64,000 nt of DNA, from positions 6,562,708-6,626,707 of the forward strand of contig CAVNZM010000017.1 in assembly GCA_963693365.1 (NCBI GenBank). Direction: 5' to 3'. Below the pieces are notes generated by a model. The model worked only from the letters and a program-made list of their open reading frames with translations. It was not told the DNA's origin and searched no databases. The number at the start of each line of letters is the position of its first letter. The first letter of the stretch is position 1. The stretch is from Amoebidium appalachense. Its lineage: Eukaryota > Protista > Ichthyosporea. Position numbers and translations under genes: made by a program. Below, one piece after another: positions 1 to 16,418 of the stretch.

Positions 1-253
1 GATGAAGGAAGAGGGGGATAGCTAACAGGGAGAGGAGGACGGGGGCGCAGAGGAAGGGCATATTAGTAAATAGTGAGGCCAGGGAGAACGGGGCAGGCCC
101 GCTCAACCCTACGAGTAGACCAGCTGCTAGAGAGATTGGCCCCCAGGCCGCCGCATGATATAACCGAAGCTGCAGCTTATTTGAACATGAATTAGCTTAT
201 ACACACAAACCCCTCTAACTTATCATCTAACCCAACCCATTTTCCACGCACAG

Positions 254-1066
254 CTCTCCGGTTCAAACCGTAAGGTTGTAGGGAGGCGCCGGTCATTTGC
301 CGAGCTTCAGGGGGACATATCATGCGTATACGAGGGATGCCGCCGTGTCTACGCATCGAGGCATGCCCTGCAGCAGGTGAATTCCCCACCCAACTTTCCC
401 CAAACTTCACCCACACATCACCAGCCACCAGCCGGCGCGGCAATGCTCGCAGTAGAAGATTATGTGGTGACCCGCGAATTAATACAATATTGCCGGGCTT
501 GAGTTACTGTTGGTTGGGAGACGGTGTGTGTGTGTGTGGTGGTTAGGTGGGTAGGTGGGTGGGGTTGCAGGGTTGGGGGGGGGGGGGGGGGGGGGGGGGT
601 TTCACGAGTATCTGAAAGGGGGAAGGGGGAGGGTGTGAGGGGGGGGGGGGGGGGGGGTAGATAGCAAGTGGCTCGTTGCTCTGCCAGAGTCCTTTGCGTG
701 CACACACACACACGTACCCACGTGTTTTCACAGCACATTCGGCTGAAGCACACAAACGGGGCACCCTCCAACCTCCCCAAGGACTATGGTGTGCGGGGCA
801 GCGAATCAGATTGCGAGGGAAAGAGCCAAAATGGGCAGCCAGGTACAGATCCCAAATCATGCAACGATTCGTGCCGGGCTAGAAGGAACAAGGGTGGGGG
901 AAAGGGGGAGGCGGGTCAGAGGGGAGGGGGTGGGGGGGGGGACGTGAGGTGAGATTGCAGGCCCGGGGGAGGGACTGGGGGAAAGAAGGGAGGGGCGGCG
1001 GGGGGGGGGGGGGGGGGGGGGGAGGTAAAAGAGAGATATGAGTGTGTGTACATGTGTGTGACACGT

Positions 1067-1097
<31 letters not shown>

Positions 1098-1302
1098 GGG
1101 CACATTTGAACCGATATAATCATACAGTCTTCCTCTCACTTTCTGAAGAATGAGCCCCCCCCCCCCCCCCCCCCCTGTCACTGTGGTAACTACTCCGGAA
1201 TGTAAGCCGGACAGGCGGTGATGTATGTACCACATGCTAACGTCCGTGTTCCCTGGCCTATATCCCCCTCCCCCCTTCCCCTCGTGCCCACCACAACTAC
1301 AT

Positions 1303-1333
<31 letters not shown>

Positions 1334-1911
1334 CACACACACAGTGACAGGGCATCCATTCAAGCGCCCACGCTCCGAGAGCGCGCCTGCAAGTTTTAGC
1401 AACACAAACACCTCCAGCATCCCGCCGATGAACCCCCCTACCCCTGTAAATTCCGAGCAACCGGTCGGATTCAGCAATAGCGCAGACCCACTCCCTCAAA
1501 CTTGGGCCGGTGCACATTCGGGGGGGGTCTGAAAAGCTTAGGCAACTCATAAGTATAACCAAATGTCTGCGCCAACTGCAAGCGCAATTGGCGATGGAGC
1601 TAGAAAGAGAAAATCCCGTCGCTTTGGCTTCAATAGGGGTGCATGGCAGCCCGAATTCTACGCTATTTTACGAACCCTCCATGCGACACCACTCGTTAGT
1701 TTCACCAACCACCCCGCGGTCTTTCTACCCGGAAACCTTCCACGGTATGGGAGACGTCTTGGGGGATTTGGGGTTTGGTGGAATGAGTTTGGATTTCTTG
1801 GGGGATTCTTCACCTTGGACCCCCCCTGAATCTTATGATGGGCAAGACCGCCACCATGAATGGTTCGAGTCTCAGGGACAGCCAATAAAATCGGGTATTC
1901 GGAGTTTGTGA
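254..1911 (+). CDS. C2H2 zinc-finger protein (spliced; 5' end and middle exon structure not resolved)
   Basis: Exon 254-376 (LSGSNRKVVGRRRSFAELQGDISCVYEGCRRVYASRHALQQ|GT) splices in phase 0 to exon 734-842 (HIRLKHTNG...), giving C-x4-C-x12-H-x4-H. A later exon from ~1346 (GHPFKRPRSESAP...) continues into ORF 1510-1911 if the G8 run at 1520-1527 is really G7. Confidence 0.75.
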
Positions 1912-3084
1912 TGTAGAGCACGTGCAACAACCATTGAAAACGGTGTCACAACGGTTTCCCGGTTGGTATTTTGCATGATCATCGGCGTGATTGGTCGAAT
2001 TGAGGGTGTATGGGACCCCCCTGTGTCTGCATAGGTTTCTGAGCCATTTTGCGTAAAAAACAGGTGTAGGTAATGATCATCATTGAATTCAATTGCTAAA
2101 CTCAAAATGTTTAGGATTGGAGTAGTTGGTGTGCTTGATGAACTAGGATTGTCGAAACGCGTGAACCTTGCGAGGAATACGGACTAGGTCCGAGGTTAGG
2201 AATCTTGTAAATTTTGGGGATATGGGTCTTTGAATGTTGGAAAAACATATGTTATTAATAGGTAGTTATCATAGTTATTAGTATTAATTATCGAAACAAG
2301 AAATGACGAAGCCAAGCTGACTCGTGCTTGGGCAGTCGCTAATGTAGTAATATTGAAGTGCCGGCAGGTGAAAACAAAAATCGAAAAGGCCTATTATTAA
2401 GGAGTTATAGTATCATTCCAGACTACGACTTACATAATTATCGAATCAGACTTGTTTATTAGTACTAAGACGTTTTTATTGCAAAAGATTGCAGAGACTC
2501 GAGCTTTTTTTTTTTTTCTTCTTTTTTTTCTTTTTTTTTTTCATAGGGTTGGATTCGTAGCATGAATTCAATAGTAGTAACCTACCAATCCCCTAACCCG
2601 CTGAAAACCTGAAAACCGAGTTGAGTTCTCAGTCTGTGATCTGCCAATATTATTTACGAGTCCTTCCATACTTGTCACTGGTGACAGTTTATTAGTGAAG
2701 GGGACCATTGTTCTCTGTAGTTCGTGTGTGACAAATAAAGTCGCAAGGTAATGCCGGAGTCATTCGGTTGGAATGCAGTTTCTAAGAATTCAAAAATATA
2801 ATGTGATGATCATGAGTGGTGCTCTAAAAGAACGCCTGTGTGACCCCAATGAAGAAAAATGTGACTTAGAGTCTTAGAGTGGGTCTGGGAGTCCGATGAT
2901 ATCGATCTGGGCGGCATCAACCAATAGCGTTGCCATATTAAATTTAATTTATTAAACTTCAATGTTTGCACAGTACCGCAGTCGGTAGGCTTGTGGAGGC
3001 TTGTCAGGCACGCACATAAGCACCATGGCAGGGATACTCACATGCACACACACACACACACGGGCACACGCATGGGGTCCGGCG

Positions 3085-3175
<91 letters not shown>

Positions 3176-3223
3176 TACACATGTACACACACGAACATAC
3201 GCACACATACACACGAACATATG

Positions 3224-3273
<50 letters not shown>

Positions 3274-3878
3274 GTGACACACACACACACACACACACCG
3301 TGACACACACACACACACACCGTGGCACACACACACACAGTACACACACCCTCCTGGTGTACGCACACATGGCTCCTTCGAGATTGTAAATGGTTCCTCT
3401 GGGTGATGTTGTGATAACTGCTTGCACATATGACAAGAGGCTGCCATCTTGATATGACGTATTGTCCACACACCGTGTCCACTCCCAAGCTCAAACCGAC
3501 ATTGAGTCCGGGACCCAGAATTCTATGCAAGCTCGCCCCTTCATCATATTGAATGATTAGTTTCTTCACACTGAGTATGTACAGTGACCCCTGCGTCCGC
3601 AGGATTTGACTGACGAAGTTCTCGTAACGGAGGCTCAGCTAACTGGCTAAATATTTTGCATGCCACGAATACAGGTGCGTGTTTGCTTTTCTGTCCTTGA
3701 GAACCTTAGCAGCAATCTGACAGGAATTCAACGGGGAGAGGTGGGGGGGGGGGGGGGGGGGGTGCGCGGGGGGGCGGCATTGAACATACTACGTGCACAT
3801 GTGTTGGTGTGTATGTGTGTGGGTTTGTGTTTGTGCACAAAAGGGCCCAACCACATCAGCTGAGTCAACTTGCTCCGA

Positions 3879-4162
3879 GCAGAATTATTCTGCAAAAAGC
3901 AGAATCATTCTGTGAAAAGCAGAATTATTCTGCAAAAGCAGAATCAATCTGCTAAAAGCAGAATTATTCTGCAAAAGCAGAACTAAATTGCTAAAAGCGG
4001 AATCACTCTGCAAACAGCGCTAGCAGAATCAATCTGCTAAAAGCAGAATCAATCTGCTAAAAGCAGAATCAATCTGCTAAAAGCAGAATCAATCTGCTAA
4101 AAGCAGAATCAATCTGCTAAAAGCAGAATCAATCTGCTAAAAGCAGAATTATTCTGCTAAAA
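3879..4162. repeat. Minisatellite, ~14 copies of a 19-20 bp unit GCAGAAT(T/C)A(T/A)TCTGC(T)AAAA
   Basis: Directly visible tandem array. Each unit contains the inverted repeat GCAGA...TCTGC, and six identical units lie at 4023-4142. Confidence 0.95.
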
Positions 4163-4531
4163 GGTGGTGTGGGGGGGGGGGTGATTTGTGTTGAGAGTGG
4201 AATTGTGTACTTGTGAGAGAGAGAGGGGGGGGGGGGGGGGGGGGGGGGGAGGGGAGAGGGGAGGGGGGGGGGGGGGGGGGGGGGGTTAAAGACAAAACTT
4301 TGTAGGGCAATTTAATTCAGAAGAAGACGTGAAAATAGGCGGAGCATTCAATGTCTCCACTGGAACAAGAGGCAGAAGTTTATATCAGCCAACCATGAAC
4401 GGTGGAGAAAGGCCCGGAAAGTTTAAAAAATTAAAGAAAATAAAGGAAAAGTACGATTGAAAAAGAGAGGAGAAAAGCCTTTTGGAATAGAATCTTGAAA
4501 TGCAAAAAACCCAATTGGGGGTGGGAGGAGA

Positions 4532-4583
<52 letters not shown>

Positions 4584-4863
4584 AGGGCAGTATGTACGGT
4601 AGGCCAGATCAGTTGTTTGGGAGAAAAACAAGAAAATGTAAATTTTAAGCAAGGGCAACACCAATGTCATGGGTGCACACTGCAACGTGCACTCTTTAAC
4701 GTCGCCTGTCTCATACAAACACACAGGAGTAATGAGACTCTGATGAGGATATTTGAACCTCCGTGGGTAAATTGAAAGCATCCAAAACAAATATGAAAGA
4801 GGGGTTATTTTAGTAAAATAGGAATTAAAAAAAAAAAAAAAAAAAAAAGAAACACAAATAAAT

Positions 4864-5209
4864 AGGGTTTTTCTCGGTTTCTTTCATTCCTATTTCAACA
4901 TGCACACTGAGACTCTTCAGTGGACCAGGCCTCAGGCCATTGCTCAGTTACTAAGTCAACGTCCGAACAACAACTTCCCAACCTCGTTTCCATCTTTGGA
5001 ATGATTAACAACCTGATAGGGGCAACACACATTGGGAGGGTTTTTCTCGGTTTCTTTCATTCCTATTTCAACATGCACACTGAGACTCTTCAGTGGACCA
5101 GGCCTCAGGCCATTGCTCAGTTACTAAGTCAACGTCCGAACAACAACTTCCCAACCTCGTTTCCATCTTTGGAATGATTAACAACCTGATAGGGGCAACA
5201 CAAATTGGG
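4864..5209. repeat. Near-perfect 173-bp tandem duplication
   Basis: 4864-5036 is repeated at 5037-5209 with one visible mismatch. The ORF track shows the same peptide starting at 4920 and 5093. Confidence 0.95.
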
Positions 5210-5512
5210 ATTGGGCCTCGAGGGAGAGGTGGGGCGGGGGAGGGGGAGAGAGAGGGGGCGGGGGGGGGGGGGGGGGGGGGGGGGGGAGGGGGAGACGTGG
5301 CTGTTGTGGGACTGAGAGCCTCAGTGGGGTTTGTAAGGAGACTTGTAAATTGCAATGGAAATTTGACGGTGTATTTGGAGAAGAATTCTGATAACCAACC
5401 AGGGTAGAAAAAAAAGCAACATATTCAAAAAGCCTGGCCAGGGTACCGGGCTCATGATTATTGACACACTATCCTAACAATGACTCTCGAATACGAGCTT
5501 TAGAGTATAGCC

Positions 5513-5543
<31 letters not shown>

Positions 5544-5723
5544 AAGTGACACGCACTACGAACAACCCTAAAAAATCTACACAAACTCAAAATCGTGAGC
5601 TCGAGTTAACAACAAGTACACTTGCACATCAATTTTTCTGCATCATGTAAAACAAAACCAGAAGAAGTCGAGGCCGTCAGGGCGGATTAATGGATCGCTT
5701 ACACCACCATCGGCCCGACAAAC

Positions 5724-5764
<41 letters not shown>

Positions 5765-5785
5765 CCCCCTCTCTCTCTCCTGCTC

Positions 5786-5823
<38 letters not shown>

Positions 5824-5875
5824 AGAGAGAGAAAGGCATCAATTTCTTTTTTTAATAACATTTGGGACGTCCACG

Positions 5876-6040
5876 ATGCTCACCATTTCCGATACCTGGA
5901 ACTTCCGGAACTGGAGCTTCGGCCGCGAGCCCTCTTGGGCCACTTCCGAGAACGAGAGGAACTTCGGCCCCGGGCCCTCTTCGACACCCCGTTGTACCTC
6001 TCATACACATCTTCAGGGTATTCAGGCGGCATGACCCAGC
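5876..6040 (-). pseudogene. Diverged duplicate of the 3' end of the 6616-7499 exon
   Basis: caccatttccga...ttccggaactggagcttcggcc...tcttcagggtattcaggcggcatgacccag matches 6617-6778 with scattered substitutions and has no upstream coding context. Confidence 0.8.
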
Positions 6041-6523
6041 ATGAGAATTAAAGGCACGTTGTGTGCGGATATTGACGAGGGGGGAAAGGGCTCGACAGAG
6101 TCAAATACGTGGAGACTTTCAAAGAATGCCTTCTGAATGACAGTTTTTCTTCCTTTTTTTTTAATTTAACACACATGTTCCTTGAGTCGGATTCTCACTG
6201 GCCTCAAGCCATCGCCAACTTGCAACCGTTTTTCATCTTCGAACAATGGCCCAACATTTTTGTACGGCTCAAAGTTTATGATATAAACAATCGCTACTAC
6301 TATCCTAACGATGATGGATACTATTTGACATGACTTTTAAACCTGCAAAATGTACAACAACACCATTAGGGGCAAGCCTGAAAAATCTAAAAACACGCTA
6401 AGACTCGCGAGTCAACATCAACAAGCTTGCCTCAGTACATAGGAAAGAGCCAAAATTTGACTTTGACTGATGCAATCATCGGGGCTGAAGGGATAACACT
6501 TGCCTAGGCTCACGGCACAAGTT

Positions 6524-6570
<47 letters not shown>

Positions 6571-6615
6571 TTCTTCTCCCCATCTGCAACAAAAGGGTAT
6601 CACTCATACTATCCT

Positions 6616-7499
6616 TCACCATTTCCGAGAGTTCCTGGACCTTCCGGAACTGGAGCTTCGGCCACGAGCCCTCTTGGGCCACTTCCGAGAACGAGAGGAA
6701 CTGTGGCCCCAGGCCCTCTTCGACACCCTGTTGTACCTGTCATACTCATCTTCAGGGTATTCAGGCGGCATGACCCAGTCCTCCTCATCAGAGTACACCC
6801 CCGGTATCCGGCCCCCATAGTTTTCTCCCATGGCGCCAGTCTGGCCACCGTAAGGCCAGGGGTTGCCGCCGCTCCCGCCCGCCGCCGCGTTCCCTCCGTT
6901 GGGCTTAGTGGGTGTGTTGACAGCAGGGATACCAATGCTACCTGCTGATGGGTCAGCGTTGGTGCCACTTGCACCTTGGCCTTGGTTCCCGTTGTTGTTC
7001 TGGCTTGGCACGCTGTTTGGATCGCCCTGCAATGGAACAAGCGGTGCCGCCCCACCGTTTCCAGAAGAGGAAGGATTGTTGTTGCTTGACTGGCCGTTGT
7101 CAACAGGTGTGGCACCGTTAACGCTGGGGATAGGATGTGCCCCATGGTTTGTGTTGGAGTTGGTTCCTTCTGTGCTGCTTCCGGGGCTTGGCTGGGGTAT
7201 AGAGGGTTGATTGCCGTTTCCTTGATTTGGCACCGCCGCTTGGTCACCGCCTGAAGGCTTGTTGTTGTTGTTGTTGGGCTTAGACGACCCGCCGTCATTA
7301 AGGGGTGTGGGTTTGTTAACATCAGGAACGGGGAGTCCGCCTTCGCCCGTGTTGTGGTTGGTACCGCTGCTGCCCTGACCTTCACCCCCAGGGACTTGGT
7401 TCGAGGTCTGGCCGTTAGAGTTCCCCTGGTTGGCTGCCTCTGCCTGCCCCCCATTACCACCTTGGTTGCCTGCAGGGCGGGTATTCTCGGTGTTGCCCT
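6616..7499 (-). CDS. Terminal exon of an N/G/P/S-rich low-complexity protein with an acidic then Arg/Ser-rich basic C-terminus; unknown function
   Basis: Open frame 6616-7581 (-) free of microsatellites, with a plausible acceptor cctcAG|GGC AAC near 7500. It ends ...EDWVMPPEYPEDEYDRYNRVSKRAWGHSSSRSRKWPKRARGRSSSSGRSRNSRKW*. Upstream exons were not identified. Confidence 0.6.
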
Positions 7500-7584
7500 G
7501 AGGTAGAGGAGGGGAGGAATAAGGCCCCCTGTTATTTGTCTCCCACAATGGCGTCTTTGGAAAAATTATCGGGAAAAACAAGTT

Positions 7585-8670
7585 CTTTAATGGCTAAGGC
7601 GCGCAAAGGACGGCGGTGGATGGAAAAGAAGCAGGTGGCTAGATGGCTAGGGTTGGTTGTTAGTTTGCGTGCGGCGGTGCCTCATGTACTCACGGTTGTC
7701 CGGCCGGTGTATGGTGGTCTACGCGGCGGGGACCGGCGTAGCTTTGTGCGGTTAACGGGTCGGCAGCTACGCATTATCGGTAAAACCATGGGTATAGTAG
7801 GTCGGCTTCCCCGCACGGAAATCTGGCCTGAGCCTATCACGGCCACCGTCTCTCATCACAGATGCTGCCACCTCACACGGGTGGGGGGCAGTACTACAGT
7901 TGGGCCTACCAACCACGCAGGTTGTGGAGGCTTTCGGTCGTTGGGCGGAGAGCGATGCACCGCGGGCGGCTGCAGTGGCGGAGTGCGAGGGCCTACTCGA
8001 GGCCTACCGCAGGCCCGAAATGCAGGCCCTAATCCAACGCCAGCGCGTACGCTGGCAGTCAGACACCCAGGCCGCGTTGGGCGCGGTGCGCAAACAGGGC
8101 AGCAGCAGCCCTGCCATGCAGCGAGTGCTATGGCAGCTGCTGCAGTTGTGTTTGGAAAAGGGGCTCCCCTGGCCCCAAGAGCTGTCATACATTCCGGGTG
8201 AAGTGAACGACCGTGATGATTGGTTGTCGCGGATTGATCCCCACCACGAGTGGTCGGTCACCCCTGCGGGGTCGAGCGTATCGAGCAGACACTCGGATTG
8301 CACACGGCGGTGGATCGGTTTGCTACACCCCTGACAGCAGTCAAACCCACGTTTCAAACATGGACCGCGGTGATCCCCGTGAGCGGTCGGCAGGATGGGC
8401 TTGCCACCGAATGGCAGGCCCCCAGCTGGTGGGCGCCACCGTTTCCGTTGATCAAGCGGACAGTGGCGAAAATTCAGCGGGAACGTGCGCAGGGAATATT
8501 AGCCTAGTTCCGGTGTGGGACACCGCCTTATGGTGGCCGGTGGTGCAACGGTTGGCACAGGCCCACACGGACCTAGCCCCCAAAGAAAAGGTGTTTCCGG
8601 TCGGTGTCCGGTCTTGGCGAATGCGTGCCTTCCTATTGGACGGCAGCATCCGCCCCCCTAATGATTGGAT
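7585..8670 (+). mobile_element. Degenerate DIRS-like (tyrosine-recombinase class) retroelement fragment: RT/RH connection, RNase H and DNA N6-adenine methyltransferase-like domain
   Basis: RNase H motifs across frameshifts: ITDAATSHGWGAVL...AECEGLL...WQSDTQAA...GSSSPAMQRVL...YIPGEVNDRDDWLSR. These are followed by VDRFATP...DGLATEW...WWAPPFPLIKRTVAKIQRERAQGIL/LVPVWDTALWWP, the RH-MT layout characteristic of DIRS pol. No recombinase ORF or terminal repeats were seen. Confidence 0.85.
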
Positions 8671-8860
8671 GAAAATCACTCGCCGCGTCGCTCCTGCCAT
8701 CCAGCTTTATGTATTATTTCTGTAAAATAAGAATGTGGTCGCAGATAGCAACAACATATCTAAATACTTCGCTTGATTCATCAAGCTCTATTTAGAGACG
8801 TATTTAGGCCAACTGATTTGTTGGAATATATGTGTTCCAACAATCAGTGGCCACTAGGGA

Positions 8861-12500
<3,640 letters not shown>

Positions 12501-12928
12501 ACGGGGGAAGAGGGGGTGTACGGACTCACTGGAGAGGGTGACCGTGACACTGTGTGTGCCCGTGCTGCGCACCTGACGGGGGAAGAGGGTTCACAGTGTG
12601 TTCGTGTGTAAGCCTTGATGTGTGGGAGTTGTGTGTGTGTGTGTGTGTGGAGGGGGGGAGGGTGGGTGGGGGGTAGAAACTATACAGTACGATCTGTGTC
12701 TAGGCGGAAGACGGTAAGCTCCCCTGGGGCAGTGCCTCGCCGGGAGTGAAACGGGATAAAATAAAATAGTATTCAGGAAAACAGAACAGAGACAGAACTC
12801 CATTTCGAACAAGGCTAGGTAGCCTTTTTCAATGCAGTCTAGGGAGATGATCTAGTGCAAAAATTTCCTGTGTACACCCTCCCCCCCCCTCCCTCCCTCC
12901 CTCCCCCCCCCCCCCCCTCTCCCAGCCC

Positions 12929-12994
<66 letters not shown>

Positions 12995-13136
12995 ACACAC
13001 ACCGGGCTCAGCTCTAGCGGAGGGGGTGATGGTCTGCATGAATGGGTCCAGGCACAACTGCTAATGCAATCCCCCCTAAGAAGCTAAGAGCCGACTCCCC
13101 CCCCCCCCCCCCCCCTCTCCTCAGGCTGCTCAAACA

Positions 13137-13194
<58 letters not shown>

Positions 13195-13920
13195 TTTAAT
13201 CTGGCTGAAGCCGGAGAACATAAAAGATTAACCAACCACAATAGGAGAGAAATGACCTTTCAGACAAGTGGCACCGTAACATTTTTTTTATTTTTATTTT
13301 TTGGCCGTTGCACAACATTTCAAAATGTGCCAGGCACGTTACTGAAAATTCACGTTACCAACAGTGTAATCGGGTGTGACACGGATCTTGATCAGCTAAA
13401 ATGCCCCATGAGACACGTTACACTGCACCCGCACGGTACACAACAAAACATGATCTCCAATTGTCAGAATTTCAAAACACAGAGCCTTTTTTTTGAAAGC
13501 TGTCAGTAATGTGAAACTGAAACAACTGATTAGTCGTATTGTACAATATCAGTCATTACTAAGAAGCTGAGACTGAAAGTGATCATGATCATATTCTTGA
13601 TTTGGAAAACATTGGATTTCTCTCTCAAATTTAGCAACTATATAAAACTTTAACATTCGAAAAACCCGCAGCAAGAACTCGCTAGTTCGTGGCAACCTTA
13701 CTTTACAAAAGCAACAAACAAAAAATCTCGCTTCAATCATCGAATAGGTGATCATTAATTCCTCCTTTGGGCCCCCCTCCTTCCCTCCTCCCCCTGTCCT
13801 TCCCCCTCCTCTCCCCTCCCCCCGTACCCCCGCACGCTCCCCTCCCCCCTCCCCCCCCCCCCCCCACACACACACACAAACACCGAGACACACACACACG
13901 TGCACACACACGTGTCAAAC

Positions 13921-14047
13921 ATGTGGTTCCGAGAGAAGGCGCTAGAAATCGTCGACTATGTGCGCCGTGACCTACCGCTGCCTGATTGGGTGGTGGTGCC
14001 TACTTACTACGACAGAGATGCTTTGGTGCCTAACCTTTTCCAGGTGT

Positions 14048-14083
<36 letters not shown>

Positions 14084-14305
14084 GTGCGTGTGTGCGTGTG
14101 TGCGTGTGTGCGTGTGTGCATGTGTGCGTATGTGCGTGTGTGCGTGTGTGCGTGTGTGTGTGTTCAGGCTTTTACACATACATTTTATTTTCTCGCACCC
14201 GAACCACCCTTTTCCGATGGGGTTTTTTTTTTATTTTTTTTTACGTGTTTGATGTTGTGTGTTTCCCTCCGGCAATCTTATTGGCTACTCCCCTGTCTTC
14301 CCCCA

Positions 14306-14341
<36 letters not shown>

Positions 14342-15792
14342 GGCTGGGCACGTAAAAAGAGGGTTCGTGTCTTTATTTGGGTTGCCCGGCTGTAGGCAGG
14401 AGAGAGGGTGGACGGTGAGATGTGTGTGCTCGTGTATCATGCACATGTGTGACTGTGTGTAACCCCCCCTCGCAAGTACTCTATGTCTGTGTGTGTGTGT
14501 GTCACGTCTTGTCTGTTGGTGTGCTCCTTTTCCCCCCTCCCCCCTCCCCCCCCCCCCCCCCCCCTCCCCCCCTCCCCCCCCCTCCCCCCTCCCCCGGCTC
14601 CCCCATTTCCCTCCATGACCTGGGACTGAAAAGGGGAACGGAGGGCAAACACACAAGGAGTTTTTCATGGGTGTGTGTGTGTGTGTGTGGAGGGGAAGGA
14701 CGGGGAGGGGGGAGGAGGGGACGGGGTGTGTGTGTGTGTGGGGGGGGGGGTTAAGGGGTGAAATTTCGAATGATCTGACTGAATTTTCCAAACCAGGACA
14801 AGAGTGAGGGCCTTTTTTTCTGCCTGATCCCCCCCGGGGCCATCAAGACGCACACCCACGAGCACCAGGTCTGGGGGGAACCGGCCGTGGTTTGGTGCCA
14901 GCTGCGCCAGCGACACCACGCCGTGGCCTCCCTAGACATCATCGCTCATATTTTCACAGACCCCCACCAGGCGAAAAATCACGAACCCGAAAAACGGTGG
15001 GTGGCCCCTGGAAGGTGGGCCTATTTTACGACGCAGAAAAAGACGGATTCCGATTGGGCAAAGCGGCTTTTGCCGCTTGGGAGCGGGATGGATGGGGAAA
15101 GAAGGCTAGAGAAGGTCGTGATTTTAAACTGTGGTGGGGGTAAAGAGACGACCGTTGATTTGAGCAGACAGTTGGAAGATGGGGAGGAGGTGCAAAAAGT
15201 GCGCATGGCGGAACTGAGAGACGCGGCTATGCAGGCCCGAATCGACAGGAAGAAACTGACCCGACCCATCGACCCGATTCGAACTACCCGCACACTTACC
15301 ACAACCCCGTCTCCTGCAAAAAAACGACGTCTCGAGCGCGAGAGCGAGGAAATTTCAGGAGGGGAGGTTTCAGATGTCGAAGACAATATGGAAATTACAA
15401 AGGAAAAAGGGCAGGGGGGGGTGGAGGGGGAAGGGGTACAGGGAGAAAAGGGCGGGAAAAACGAAATCCAATTGCTTCTCTCCGTTCTGAGCAAGAAGAT
15501 AGGGCGGAAGGAGGCGGAATGTTCTCGACTGCGCGTCGAAAGAGACGAGTTACGACAAGAACTGGTTGTGAGCAGTGCCGAGGTGGAAACCCTGACCCGA
15601 AAACTGGCCGAACACGAAAACCGACCCGACCCGATTGTCCCAGAACCCGATTCGGAATTGGTGGCCCGGTTGGCTCGGGCGGAGGCGAAGGTGCAGCAGC
15701 AGGAAAGCATGTTGCAGAGGCTGAAACAGGCCTCAGCCCCACTGCATGCCGGAGGGGGTCTGGCCAATCAGGAGGGGGCTGATGCGGCCTAA
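13921..15792 (+). CDS. Two-exon hypothetical protein (~372 aa) with a possible atypical Zn-binding N-terminal region and a C-terminal coiled coil
   Basis: ATG 13921; exon 1 13921-14043 ends CAG|GT in phase 0. Exon 2 starts after ccAG at 14797, in frame with the 301-aa ORF ending at 15792. It contains FFCLI...WCQL...[10 protein letters not shown], a basic SPAKKRR motif and heptad-like E/L/R-rich helices. Confidence 0.7.
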
Positions 15793-15851
15793 TATGGTTA
15801 TGTTAAACGGTGTAAGGTTTTTGTTGTTGAGGCTAGGGGTACGGTTGTGAG

Positions 15852-15905
<54 letters not shown>

Positions 15906-16387
15906 GGGGAGGGGGGGGAGGGGGGGGGGAAGGAGAAGGGGGGGGGGGGGGGGGGGGGGGGGGGGATTTCTTTTCATACATGTAGGTGGGTGGGTGTGTG
16001 AGTGGTTGGTGGTGGTGTGTATGTGTGTTTGTGCGTATGTATGGGGTACATGGTGGCGCTGTTTTTCCCTCTTTCTTTCTTCGGACAACGGAAAGGTCAT
16101 ATTTAGACACACAAGTGTTTGGTGCGTGCGCATATGTTTAGGAAAACCCCAATGCCCAACGGCTTTCTTTCTATTTTTTCTTTGAAGATTAGGTAACTGT
16201 TGAAAGGCCTCCTCTTTTTTTCATATGACGAGTCTTTTCCCAAAAGGTTCTCATGACCTTTGGTCTTTCTTTCTACTTCAAGTTTTACTTCCCCCTGCCT
16301 TCTTTTTCTTTTGTGTAGGCGTGTGTTGCCAATGGTGTGTGTGTGGGTTTGTCCATGCGTGTGTGCGGGATGTGTGTATGTGTGTGT

Positions 16388-16418
<31 letters not shown>

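Noticed and set aside
1520-1527. Apparent frameshift in the zinc-finger gene
   Set aside because: It falls in a G8 run. A one-base homopolymer sequencing error is more parsimonious than programmed frameshifting; check against reads.
3370-3675. Unique-sequence island that looks exon-like
   Set aside because: It has in-frame stops in the plausible frames, and no recognisable domain or compatible neighbouring exons.
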